Shown: positions 35,679 through 48,714 of the stretch, piece by piece
Layout: each line of letters begins with the position of its first letter
How positions within the stretch are numbered: the first letter of the stretch is position 1
Assembly (NCBI GenBank): GCA_013239625.1
Contig: MU053504.1
Span: 808,001-872,000 of the forward strand
Length of the DNA stretch: 64,000 nucleotides
Direction of reading: 5' to 3'
Origin: Lama guanicoe
Taxonomy: Eukaryota
Position numbers and translations under genes: made by a program
Notes under the pieces: model-generated
What the model was told of the DNA's origin: nothing
What the model saw: the letters and a program-made list of their open reading frames with translations, nothing else
Databases searched by the model: none

Positions 35679-38600
35679 CCTACCCTCTACATAGAAGTGA
35701 CCCCAACTCCAGTGCCAAAATAGAAGAATTGAAATAGTGGTTTTTCTGTAAGTGCTGGACACCCCCCCTCACCCCCTACCATCCAAGTGGCCTGTCAGCT
35801 CCTCCCTGCCTGGCACCCTGGCTGTCCCCCCAAGCAGAGCATCTCCCTCCCCTGCAGCCCCCATGGCAGCAAAGCCTAGAGAAGAAGGGGGGAGCTGTTG
35901 TGCAGGGATGGCCCTGCTGCTATGGAAACCAGCGCTTAGGAACTGCTCAGAACAGATCCATTCGGGGAGCAGCCTGGCCTTGGGGGAGGGGGAGAGGCCA
36001 AACCGAGCCTTGGACTTTGCCCTCCCATTACCGGCCGTGTGACGCTGGGCAAGTCACTTAACCTCTCTGAGCCCTCTCTCCCTCACTGGCCTGGGAGCAG
36101 CAGCCCCCATTAGCAGCGGGTAATAACGGCCTCAGTGACCGAATCCCGTGCTGCGGCTTTCAAGCCTGAAGACACGCCAAATTGCCGTTTGCTTTCATTA
36201 CTGCTAGCTCGAAATATTCTAGTGCCAGCTTGCTGTGCGACCTCATGCCACTCGAGGGCCACCAGACGATTTCCATGATAGAATTCCTTCTCTCAGAAGA
36301 GCAGGGTCGCCTCTGAGTCACCCTCGAACACACACACACAACCAGTTACTGAGCTAAGCTGCCCAAACACCCCCGTGACCCCAGTTGAGAAACCCTCTCC
36401 CCACAGTTCCTCTGCGAGGAAGGGAAGGAGAAATGAGTGTGGGGTCTGTGCGATGACTCCATCCGCAACACCGCAGCCAGGGCCCTTCCCTGGGGGTGCA
36501 CTGTCCCCACCCCCCGCCTCCCTGGCGCCCTGGACTCCTCGGGCCTCCAGGCTTAAGTCTGGGCTCATCAGCTCCAAGGTCCCCAGTGCCGGCCTGAAAG
36601 GTTCCCCAGAGAGGCTGCCCACCTCCCTACCCACCACTCCATGAATGACATCAGCCCCTCGACTTGGTCCCCAAGTGGGTGGGAACTGCCTGCCACCCAC
36701 CTACTGAGAGCACGAGGCCAGGACTTTCCCCTTCTGTGCCTTAGCACCTCACATACAGTGCACGCTCCCGCACACACCGCGCTCCCGCACACACCACGCT
36801 GCGGATGAGCACTGGTCCCGCTGTCCTCTGGAAAAGCCTCCTTGCCTTTGCTTATGCCGTTCCCTCTCCCTGAAATCTGTTCCCACAGGCTCCTCCAGAA
36901 GTCTTCTGTGTGCCACCCCTCCTCACTAACCAACCTAGTTTTTCAGATAACGCTGTGACTTGCCCAAGATCACACAGGAAGTGTATGGCTGAAGAACCTA
37001 GGCCTTGGGGGACCCTGAGTCCAGCTGCTCCAAAGAGCATCCGTGCTTTCACTCAGCCAGCCGGGTGTCTGTTTGTTTTCCCAGCAAACATTTATTATGC
37101 CCCAGGCAGGCTGCTCAGTGCTGGGGACCCAGCCATGAACAAGGCCAGCAGAGAGAGTGTGCAGCCCAGAGAAACAGACAGATGCCAAACAAGTAATTAC
37201 AAGTGTGATGGATGCCACAAAGGAAAAGCAGAGAGAGCCCTGGGAGGGGCCAGGAGGGGGTCGCCGATGTCTCCCATTTGTATAAGATTTTACCCACGGC
37301 GTGGTCCTCCAGCCCCCTGCATCAGCATCCCCTGGGAAGCCCGTTTCTGCCCCCCAGGCCTGCAGACCAGCATCCCCAGGGAGAGATGCATTCTCCTGAA
37401 CGCATGCCCAGGGAAGGCTGCTGTGGGATGTGAGGATCATGGTTTCAGGGCCCTGGAGGGTGAGGGAAGGGTCCATGTTTTCTAATCACCCACCACATCT
37501 TGAGCTCATCCACCTCTTGCCAAAGCTTTAGTTTACAGATAAGGAAGCCAAGGCCCAGGAAAGCCCAATGACTAGCGAGTGCCGAGCAGGGTTAACAACC
37601 CTGGCCTGTAGGATCCTCGATCTCCAGGAAGGTCCTCAGAGATGACACCACTCCTGGGTGCCCAGCACACAGCCCCACTGAATGTGAAAGAGAAAACGAC
37701 CAGCACCCAGTAAGCCCCACCGATCACGAGGTACCACCTGTACTTCCTTATAGAGCATTTTTGTAACATGTTAAGAGGCTCTAACATCAAAACGAATGTG
37801 TGTCCAATCAGGTGCCTCCATTTACCAGCTGTGTGGCCTCAGGCAAAACGTCTAACCTCTCTGAGCTCAGTTTCCTCATTTGTAAGATGGAGATGATGGT
37901 GGGACCACCGCCCAGGGGGTTGTAAGGAATTTCACCCTTCTGGCCTCATCGTCTTCCCTCTCCTCTTCATCCCTGCATCCAACTGCTGGCTTCTAGTGTC
38001 AAACATGCCAGGTCCTCTCCCTGCTCAGCACCTCTACACGTGCCATTCCCTCCACCTGAACACTCTTCCTCCAGAAATCTACACATCACTTTCACTCCAT
38101 GGCACCCTTTGGGTCTGTTCAAATGTCATCTTTTCAGAGGGACACTCGCTTATCATTCTGGCAAGAACAGCCCCTGCACCATCACCTGTGTCCTCTCATG
38201 CTGCTTTATTTTTCTTCCTGGCACTGTCTCCAGCTTTTATATCTCCCTGCACAAGAACACAGCCTGCACAGGGACACACACTTTCTTTTGTTCACTGTTG
38301 TTTCCCCAGCTTGACTAGGGCCACCCAAGCACACGGCCTTGTGCGTCCCCGTGGCCTGTGCAGACCCCTGGCAGACAGCAGCGCCTCAACAGAGCATGCC
38401 TGCTGTTCTGCAAACCTGCTCAGGACTCCTTGAGCACAGCGAAGACTCTGCGGGTGAGGGGCAATGAATCCCCCCGGGCCCCCTCCCTGAGTGCCCTAGA
38501 GCTGGCAGGCAGTGCAAAACCAGACCCAGGCTTGGCAGGGGCTTGGCAGAGGCTCGGTGCCGAGGGGCAAGGCCCTGCCAACCTCACTGCCCCAAACAGC

Positions 38601-39519
38601 AACTGATTGTCCCAGCAGCTCCCAAGTTCCCTGAAGACCTCCCAGTGGCCACTCTCTCACAGGGACACCCACTCTCAAAGGGGCCGGCATTCTGGCTGCT
38701 TCCGGCCACGACGTGGCATGGTGGTCCCAGCCTCGCAGGAGATCCTGGGACTTCCGGGCCTGCTAGGAACTCACAGCCTGCTGCTTGGCGGAGAGCAGGC
38801 GAGGACAGATTCCAGGGGCCGCCTGTCCTCTTGGCATTTGTATGCAGGTGCAGGCCCCGGACATGAGCTGGAATCCATCACCAGAAAATAAAACACTCAG
38901 GAAGAGCTGGCCTGAGAAGACAAACGGCTGCAAGGTGAAGGTAACACCCACCCTGGCTTGCTGAGCGCTCACCGTGTCTCCTTCTCAGGGCATCTTGGGA
39001 TGGAGAAGCATCCAGCCCTCACCAAGGGGAACTGGGAACCCCACTTCCCAGAGAGAGGAAGCCACTTGCCCAGAAGAAGGAAGCCAGTTAGAACCCAGGC
39101 CTCCTGGCTTGAGAGGCAGGGCTCTGACTTGCTCAGCCACACCCCAAACCTCCCTGCTAGGGCAGTGGATGGGGTGAGGAGGGGTTGGTCAGGGAAGTCA
39201 CATTTCCATGGCAAAGCCCTCCTTCATCGCCCTGCAGAGCAGCACACCTGAGTCTGGCCTCCCACCACCTGCATCAGAATGGGATGCGGGGAACTTTGCA
39301 AAAAGCTCGTTCCCAGGGCCCCCCCCCCCCGCAACTGACCTGCTGGACTCACTAACCTGCCTTTCACATACAGTCCTCACTGATTCTGATGCTCATCTGG
39401 GTTTGAGAACCACTGGCTTGGAGATCATTCTGAGCTGGCAGAACTAGCTCTTTATTTGTTAGGTGAATAGACCTTCAGAAGAGCTGCCTTTGCAGGATCT
39501 GGAGGTGACAATAAGAATT

Positions 39520-39715
39520 ACTATTTACTGAGCAGTTACTACGTGCCAGGTGCTTTTCAAAGTGCTTCCTTCTCATTTCATCCTCAAAACAACCTCACAG
39601 AGGAGGTAATATGATTATTTTGTCCATTTTACATATGAGAAAGCCAAAAGAGCTTAAGTTCCCTTGTACAAGGTTGCACAGCTGGAAAGTGGCAAAGTCA
39701 GGATTTGAATCCAGA
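39520..39715 (-). mobile_element. MIR SINE
   Basis: atttactgagcagttactacgtgccagg...ccattttacatatgagaaa...ggatttgaatccag. Confidence 0.85.
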
Positions 39716-42700
39716 TCCACGCAGGTGGGGGCTCCAGAGCCCGCCTTCATATTCTAAGCTAAATCAGGGGTCCCATCTCCAATAGCTCAGCCCCCTACCC
39801 GCAGCCTCATCCTGGAGCCCAGGTCTGGGGGGCAAGGGAGAAGCACGCACAGGTGGCCAACTTCATAGGGTCGTTCACAAAGGGAGGGGCGTGCATGGGT
39901 GGGGGAAGCACTGGAAAAGTACCCCAACCCAGAAGGGTAGCTTGTTTAGAAAAGTCTCCGTAGAGGAGGTCCTTGAGAGTTGGGCTCGGAGACATGAGCA
40001 GGGGTTTGCCAGGAAGATGTGATGAGAATGGTGCTCTTACACAGACCAGGGGGCATATTTGGAAAAAGGCCATGTGACAGCGACATGGTGCTAGGGGAGC
40101 ACTTGGTGACTTAGGAAGGCCCAGAACTCCTGGCTAAGGACTTGGACTGCACCCCGAGGAGAGCTAAGATGCCCCAAAAGGGTAGAAGATGCAGCCTTGA
40201 ATCTGGAAGCCTTGCCTATGGTGCGGAGAGGCTGGATTGAAGTCAGAGACACTAGAGGCAGGGAGGCCCCTGGCTCAGAGGGCAGATGAGGCTGACGTGG
40301 GGCAGCAACAGTGAGAATGGGGCAGACAGACTGACAAGAGAAACACTTCTGAGACAGACGGGGCAGGACTGGGGCCAGGTGGCTACGGAGAGGGAAAGAG
40401 GCAGGCAAAGGGTGAGTGAACATTCTGGAAACTGGAAGGACAGAGGCAGCCGGGAGAGGAGCAGGTGTGGGAGACGGTGAGTTCCTTTACAGGCGCTTTG
40501 AGTCTGAGGCTCTGTGGGGCATCTGGGAGTGCGACCAGGCAGTAGGTGGGTGTGGCTGGGTGGGAGTCAGGGTGGGTGGAGCTTCAAGGCTGCGGTTGGG
40601 TGAGATCACCCACTGAGAAGTGAAGTGAATGGGGAAGGTCCTCAAGTCCTAGCCTCCCAGCCTGCCCCTACCTGGGTGTCCTGCCCAGATCAAACCTCTC
40701 TCCTGCAGACCTCACACCCTCTCTCTCCTCCCTGCATCCTCTAAGGGGGAGGGGTGGGTCAGCAAGGAGATAATGGGTGGGAGGGGGAGGCATCACCGTG
40801 TCCTGCTGTCTGTCCCCTGAAGCTCACACAATTATCTGGAGAGATGTCTGTCCTGTTCTCTCTGGTGAATTTCCAGGTGCCTTATACATGCTTGAGGCAC
40901 TAAACGTGAACTAGAGTGGTGAGTTTTGGCAGTGTGGGGTTACAGGGAGGAAGCTTCCGAGGGAGCAAGCTTTGGGAGCTCTCCTACCCCCTCTGCACCC
41001 CCACACTCACAAGTCCACCTGTTTGGGCTCCCTGGCCAGGGCACACAGTCCCACTAACCAACAATGAGCAAGTTGCCTTCTCATCTTCATCTGTACGTAG
41101 AGATGCTAATATGTAACTAATAGAGAAAAATGTCTAAAACAGATAAAGCCCTAGGGAATGAATGGGGGTGGGGTCAAGCTGTGGAGCATGTGTCCAGACC
41201 CTAACTGGACACCCATTTGAAGGCAACACGGACTTTCACCTCCAAGTCTGAACAATGTGGGGCGGAACAGCATGCAATCATGTAAAGATTAAATATGCAA
41301 AAGGCCAGCACACAGTGGGCTCACTGCACAGTATTGAGAAGAAAGATCAGTCCCTCCCACCCTCCTTCCTCGACCCGAGCAGGGGCTTTTAGGGGGTCCC
41401 CCCTGGCCTGGACTGGGCTGGAGCCTAGAGCGGGAGGCCCATGGGTAGGTCTCAGGGAGAGCTGAGCAGTGGAGCTGGTGCTGGCAACAAAAGGTATTTG
41501 CATCAGATAATGGGTAAAGTGTCTTGTTATTCCATTAACTCGTGTAGCAACGACTGCGGCAGAGAGAAGGGGTGTTGGAAACCCACAGGGTGGGCAGGAG
41601 CGGAGATCACTGATCAGTGATCAGACCAGGGGCTTCTAGGGGGCTTGGCAGCCTTGACAGGAGCTGCAGGGAGTGGCCTTTGGGCAGAGGGGTCGGAGTG
41701 AAGCCCTCAGTCCCCAGCCTCAAGGCAGGAGACCTTTTGCTGGAGGCAGAATCAAGGCACACATCCCTGGCCTCACCGCACTGGCAGTCCTGGGCAGGTC
41801 TCAGGAGGAGGGAACAGCAAGCACAGAAGCCCTGGGTTGACTTGACAGGAAGGAGGCCAGTGTGGCTGGAGCAGCGTGGGCAGTGAGGACGGTACCACCT
41901 CAGGATGGAGAAGACAGAGGGACAGGGCATATCAAGCAGTGCTGGCTGTAGGATTTGGGCTTGATTTTAAGCACCATGGATGGCAACCCCTGGAGGTTCA
42001 AAAGCAGGGAAGGGACATGATCCGATTTAGATTGCTCAAAGGCCTCCTGGAGACTGGTTGGGGATGGACTGCCGGGGCCACGGCAGAGCAGGAGAGCTGA
42101 GAGGAGGCTGGTACAGCGTCTGGGTGTGAGCAGATGGCGGGCAGTGAGGGTAGTACTGGGGGAGGTGGAAAGAGGCACGTGGGCTGGAATTAGGTTTTAA
42201 AGGTCAACAGGATTTGCAAATGGATAAGGAGGTGAGGGAGAGAGGGGCCGGGGTGACGGGGATGGAATGAGATTATGTATGAAGTTAAAGGGTTTTCTTA
42301 GCATGACACCATGCATGTAGTAAGTGCTTGATAAATACTGCCCATCAAAAAGCGGAACGTTCGGCACCCAGCCCAACCTGCCCCCCGGGACCTGCCCTGC
42401 CGACTATGCTGGTGAAGTTTCTGATCTCAGCATCTTGGGTTGGTCAGAGGACCTCCGAGGGGAGCAGGAAGCCTCTCCGCCCTGGCAGGGGCCAGGCCAG
42501 CAGCAGCAGCAGCTCAGGCACTAGGAAGGGCCTCGCCCAAGGTCACTGGGCTTGGTAGGGGCAGCGTGAGACCTGGAAACCAAGTCTCCTGACCCTGAAA
42601 AATCCCCTCTGGGATCTAAAAAGTTGACAATTCCCAGGCAAGAATTCCAGCAGCACCTCCCCCTGCATCTGCAGAGAAACTGGTTCTGAAATCCATTTCC

Positions 42701-45209
42701 TGACCCTTCTCTGGACCCTGGGGCTTCAGCGGTGCCAGCAGCCCAACCTCAGAGCCTTTGTGTTAGCTGTTGCTTCTTCCAGAACCTTCTCATCACTACT
42801 CTTGGGCCTCTCGCCCCAGCTACCCTGTAGAGGTGGCCCGCAGAGCGGGCCCAGCCTCACGGTCTGCAGGATTTCCCAGGGCTGGGCAGCTGCTCAGGCA
42901 AACCTAAGGGTCAGGTCATTACCATTGCCTCATCTCCTTCCACAGCCCACTTGGAAGGATTCCCCAGCCCTATGCCAGGAAAGGCTGGCCTGGATGCCAA
43001 CATCCACTAAGCATCAGCCCCAGTGTGGACTGACCCTGGCTCCTGGGGGTGGAGCCACAAAGGATAGACCCACCTTTCCTGCTGGGACACAGTCCGAGTG
43101 GAATCTCCCTTTCTTCCTTCTCGCCTGGCTCGGATGTGAGTCAGAGAAGGTCCCCACTGACATTTTCCTCTCTCCTCCTCCCCAGCCCACGAGGGCATGA
43201 GCAGGCACAGCCTTACATGGTGGGCAGGAGAGGTGGAGCCAGCTGGAGCCGATACCCTGCCTTGCCTGGTAAGGTCATCCAGGAGCCTCAAGCCAGTGGG
43301 CATTCCTTCCTCCTGTCCCTGCGGCTATAGCCTCGTGCTGGCCCCAGACTCAGGATAGGGCTTTACACTTAACCCCAGAGCAGTCCCTGCCTCACTCAGG
43401 GCCAAGTTCAGACAAGAGGCAATCAGGGGCTTAAGTGGCTGCCAGAGAAGGCCAGCCGCCTGGTTATTAAATATTAAGTGGCGAGAGCCTAGGAACGTAT
43501 AATTGCAAATGAGACTTTGAAGCAGATGTTGCCAACAGCTTGGACCAGCGCTCACAGTTGGGACCAAAAGGGAATTGCGAGTCACCAAGCCCAGCTGCTG
43601 GCAACTTCCCTGTGTTTACTGGGCACCTGCTGGGTGCCAGGCTCTGAAATGGACGCTGCAGGTAAAGATTGACCAGACATGGTTTCAGCTTCAAGGGGTT
43701 CCTGGTCTGGTAAAGAAGACAGACCATGCAAGCAAAGACTAACAGCCTCAGGTGGTAAGTTCGGGACCCCAGAGAAACACCTGTAAGGGGTTGAGGAATA
43801 GAGGGTTCAGAGGGGAAATTGTGAAGAATACATTCAATCAGTTAGTCATTCAACAAACATCTGTTGCATACATACCATATGCCAAACGTTGTAGATTCTG
43901 GGAAATAAAGTATTGAATAAGACAAACTTTCTCCTTCATGGCACATATAATTGAGTGGGGGCTTGCATTCCATGGGTGAATGAGTCTGCATGCACCATGA
44001 AGAGATGGCAGAGAGGAACAAGTCCATGCAAATATTTGGAGGCATGAAGAAGTAAAGTAGATTCAAAGTGAGTAGGGAGTTCAGTGTGGCTCGACACCTG
44101 TGGCGGGGAGAAATGGGACATCTAGTAGTTGGGGCCTGAAAAGCTGCTGTGCTGAAGAGTTTGAATGAGTCCTGGAGGAGTTCAAAGTACAGTGGAGTGA
44201 ACTCCCTCAGGGACCATCCATGGCTCCCAGGGTCCCTGGGAAAGGACACAGTCTGGCCTTTTAAGCTGCCATCTTGAGAAGCAATGCAGAGGAGGGAGAC
44301 CCCAGTGGACATCCTGGGAAGGATGGATGCCTGGTTGGCCGCCCTCTCCACTCCGGGCTGGGTTACTGAGCCTCCACTGCAGAGGCTGGCAGAGGAGCCC
44401 TGTCCCTTGGCTCCCCTCACACCTGCAGCCTGTTACACCAACTCCTGAACGGCTGAAAACATATCCTGCGAACACAGGCGCCTTTGTCTCTGTGCCTGCA
44501 GAAGGTGGAGGGGTAATATGAGCCCAGACCATTCAGGAGACAAGTTCTTGCCAAGGGAAGATTCCAGTTCAACCGTCCCAAGAATGTCCCAGCTGACTGG
44601 GCCTCTCTCTCCACTGCCCTGCCTAAGCTGGAGGGTGGATGGGATGAACTTTCAAGGTCATTCTCTGACCATGATTCCATACAAAGAAGGGCAAGAGAAG
44701 GGAGAGAGTGACAAGAACTACAATTGAAGATGCTGAGATCCCAGGGGCGTTAGAGTTCTTAAATATGTTTCTGAGAGTCTAGAGTTCCATGAGGTTGAGG
44801 TTCTAGAACTCTATAGATCTAAAATTCTAGGATTCGAGGATCCTGTGATTCTAAGACTCTAGCTTGATTTGGGGAAGGAAACATTAACCATCATGTCCTC
44901 TTAATAAAAATCGTGCTCCTAGAGAGAACCCGGACCCTAACTCCAAAGCCAATCAGGCTTGTTTTTCCCTTTCTGCCTTTAAATTGTCTTCTCACTCCTC
45001 CTCGGTGTCTGCTCATCTGCATACCCCTCCACAGTCCCTCCTCCAAGCCTGGCAGCCACACATTTGCCATCTGCATATAACCCAGTGATTAGCGCAGCCG
45101 TGCAGGAGAGGAGGGGTGTGGAACCCTTGCTGCCTGCCAGTCAGACCGCCTTAAGTCGACCAGGCTGCGGAGAGTCACCTGCTCCCCGAAAGGACTGAGC
45201 AGGGGCGGG

Positions 45210-45550
45210 GAGACACACTCATGCAGACACACACACAGCAAAACACACAAAGAAAGGCCTCAGGCACACAGAGACACAGAGAGACAAGCACACCACATGT
45301 GGACATCTGCAGACAGCACACACTCACAAGTGTGCAGCACACACACATGCAAACAAACCAGAGGCAGACACACAACCCCACAGTGTTGAACCCCGAACAC
45401 ACAGACATGCAAAGACTGAAAGGCACGCACAGCACACATGGATTTTTGCAGTGCAGCACACACACACACAACTCCATAGAGATGTGGCCACACAGCATAA
45501 CCCAGTGACACTCACATACACACACGTGTACAGAAAAACACATGCAAACA
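45210..45550. repeat. Degenerate CA-rich low-complexity tract
   Basis: Repeated cacacacag/acatgc units. Confidence 0.8.
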
Positions 45551-46203
45551 AATCCAGAGGCAGACTGCATAGATGGACACCACCCCCCCCGGGGATACAG
45601 CACTGAGTTGTCAGTGTGCCCTCCTAGTGGGGGGTGGCAGGAAAGTCACCCTTCCCATCCCCCTCTCATCCCTCTGCCACTTCCACTCATTCATGGGACA
45701 TTACTGAAGCCCTACTATGCAGACAGCCTGGCTTTGTGCCCTTGGGAGACCCCAGAGCTATGACACGTGGAGAGGGAGGGAGCTGTTAAGTTAGGCTGTG
45801 GGAGCTCAGAGCAGCTGAAACACATGCAGGCATTGAAACTATTCCCAGAGCTGTATGAAATGGATTACCCAGAAAGGTAGTGAGCTCCCCGTTGCTAGAG
45901 GCAACCTAGCATCACATAGAAGACTGTGCATCAGGTAAGAAAGGGAGTGCGGGGGGAACTGAAGGCCTTTAACATTTCTTCCAGCTCAAATTGCCTATTT
46001 CTGTCAGCTCCACTGGGCTTTAAAAGAGTGGTCTTCAAAAAATTTTAAATCATATTCCCTATCAGTAAAACGTACATGCACCCCAATGTACATGTATTTA
46101 TTTATAAATGTACTATATACTGTTAGACTAATATACACTTTATGGAAGAGACATGAAAATAGAAAAACTTGAAATAGTAAGATGAAAATACATAGACATC
46201 TTA

Positions 46204-46324
46204 GGGGGAGGGTGTAGCTCAGTGGTAGAGCACATGCTTAGCATGCACAAGGTCCTGGGTTCAATCCCCAATACCTCCATTATAAATAAACAAATAAATA
46301 AACCTAATTGCCTCCCCCCCAAAA
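46204..46324 (+). mobile_element. tRNA-Ala-derived SINE, camelid vic-1-like
   Basis: Head 46204-46279 is nearly a tRNA-Ala(AGC), with A box TAGCTCAGTGG and B box GGTTCAATCC. It is followed by an (AATA)n tract, then CCTAATTGCCTCCCCCCC and an A-run. Degenerate flanking duplication tacatagacatctta / tacacagacgcccta. Confidence 0.85.
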
Positions 46325-47089
46325 TAGTACACAGACGCCCTAAAGAACAGGTAGACATGGAGAGAATGATACAACACTTATTGACTGCCTCCTGTGTGCC
46401 AGACAGGAGGTGATATGTGATACGTATTATTTCTTTAAATCTTCAAAATAACCCTGGAGAAAGGCTGTTTTTACCTTCTGATAGATGAGAAACTGAACAC
46501 AGGGAGGCAAAGTCTCTTCCCCGAAGTCACGCCACCCGTGCCCAGCCGGGCTGGAATTTGGACCCAAGCAGGCTGGCCCTGGAGCCCATGGGTCCCGGCC
46601 CCCTCTTCCCAAACTCCCTTGTCATCCAGGGAAGGGGTGGGGCTTGCATGGGGCGGGGCGGGCAGGGAAGATCCTTTGGTTCTCTTGGGCCACAGTTGCC
46701 CCCAGGCTGAGGGGGAGGGGCTGCAGCAGGTGTCAAGAGCCTCAAAGAACACCTCAAGGATTTAGGCTTGAAAATGAGCAGCAGATAGGATTCTCCAACC
46801 ACATGCATAGTTGGGCATGTGCTCCCGAAAGTGAGGTCTGTGGACCAGCAACTTCAGCTTCACCTGGAGTTTGTTAAGAATGCAGAATCTCAGGCCCCAC
46901 TGGGACCTGCTGAGTCAGAATCTACACTGAACTAGGTTAAAGTTTGGGAAGCCCTGGTCTGTGATCCTATTCCATTGGGATGTTGGGAAGTAAGCTCACC
47001 CTTGGGCATTCTGGGGGCCCCCTCCTCTCCAGAACTTGTTCAGTTCCCAAGTCTTCGAGAGTCCCAGGATGTCTGAGGTGGTTTCCAGG

Positions 47090-47580
47090 AATCCGTCTAC
47101 ACTGCTTTCCCTGTCGCTCCAAGTAAACACTGCAGGCCTTGCCTCAGCCTGTGAAGCGCGAGGGCTGAGCCCTGCTTCCTCTCCAGTGTGTCTCCCCCAC
47201 CCCCTCACTCCCTCTGCTCTTGCCTCGGGCTGCCCGATGTCCTTGACCATGCCACCCCAGGGACTTTGCACTGGCTGTTCCTTTCATTCTGTGGCTCTCC
47301 CTCTCACATCCTTCTGGAAACTCCATTCCCTGAGCAAGACCCTCACTGCCACCCTGCATGGAACAGCAGCCCCCTCCTGCCCCCTGGCTCCAGCCACCAT
47401 TAATGTACGTCCCTCCAACTGCTTCCTTTCTCTCAGCAGTTGTCACCACCTACGTGGTATGCCGTGTATGTCATAACCCATGCGGTCACTTTTCCACCTC
47501 TCCCACTGGAATGTGAATGCCTCCAGCAGCCAGCACGACCCCTGGCCCATAGTAGGTACTCAAGAAATATCTGTTGACTA
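47090..47580 (+). mobile_element. LINE-2 3' fragment
   Basis: Ends cctggcccatagtaggtactcaagaaatatctgttgac. Confidence 0.75.
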
Positions 47581-48714
47581 AACGCAGGCAGCGCACACTG
47601 TCCTACCCCAAGGGGCCCCACTGGCTGAGTAGTGCCATGGGGTAGCAGGGCCTGTGGGGAGGCCAGAGGCCTGAGAACCTAGGTCTGGCTTCCTGGGGCT
47701 AACATGAAGCCTGCCCCAGGCCTTGCCCATCCCCATCCCACTGGGGTAGGGGCAGCACCCCCCAATCTGGGACCCTCCAGCTTCTCCAACACGGCTGCCT
47801 CCCCCGAGTCTCTCCCACTTTTCTCTGGCAATTTCTTCCATTTCAGAGTTTACAAAAACCAAGAGGGCCTCACTCCGGGCATCCTTCTGCCAAATCCCTA
47901 GTAAACACCTGTTTACTAAGCCCTGGTATTTGCTTGAAATGGGAGAGAAGAAATACTAGGCAAACAAACAGATTAATACTTTCTAATGTGGCCGCTCAGG
48001 CTTCTAGGCGGGGAGACTTTGGGCTACTCCCCTTCCCTCTCTGCACCTCGGCCTCTTATCCATCCCGTGGGGACTGTTACTATTTTCTTTCTGGTCCAGG
48101 AGGAGGGTGGATTAGGGATAAAGATGACATGTTGAGTAATGGATTTGGTATCAAAAGCTCTGAGCTTATCACCTTGCTTGCCACTGGCCCAATGTGTCAC
48201 CCTGGAGCCTCCGTTTGCCCATCTGTACAAATGGGTAGGCCTAAGTGGAGCAAACTCCAGCCAGGCCAGGCTGCCATCCAAGCCCAGTCTTCGCACAGCA
48301 TGGCTGTGAGTCTCCCCAGAGGTAAGAGGCCAAAGGGCTCTGGCAACGAGCTCTGAGGGGGCCTCCATCCCACTGTCATCCTTGCCCCAGTGGCAGCGGC
48401 AGCACAGGGCCACCTGCTGCCTAGAGGCCGAGGCGCCACCTCATCCAAAGCCGGGAGCAGAGAAAGTGGTGTGTGTGACTTCGGCTTCCCCTGAGAGCCA
48501 GGCCAGTTCCTGCCCAGGGAAAGATACTTCCTCTCGGGAACAGGAATGAGGTCAGCTGGAGTCCTCGAGTCTGGGAAGGAAACCCAAGTTCAAGGAGGAC
48601 ATCTGTTTCTTGAGGAAACCCAGGCCAGGCAGGGCCATCAGAGCAGAGGAACATATATGCCTTGGTTGAGCTTCCAGCATGTTGTGGACAGAGCTGCCCC
48701 CTGCCTGACTCCTT

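Noticed and set aside
45616..45630. CTCF-like motifs here and at ~9511, ~26936 and ~52188
   Set aside because: Each needs an indel or a core mismatch to fit the consensus.
46204..46279. tRNA-Ala(AGC) gene
   Set aside because: Extra 5' bases, no oligo-T terminator, and a SINE body, A-rich tail and flanking duplication; better explained as a SINE head.
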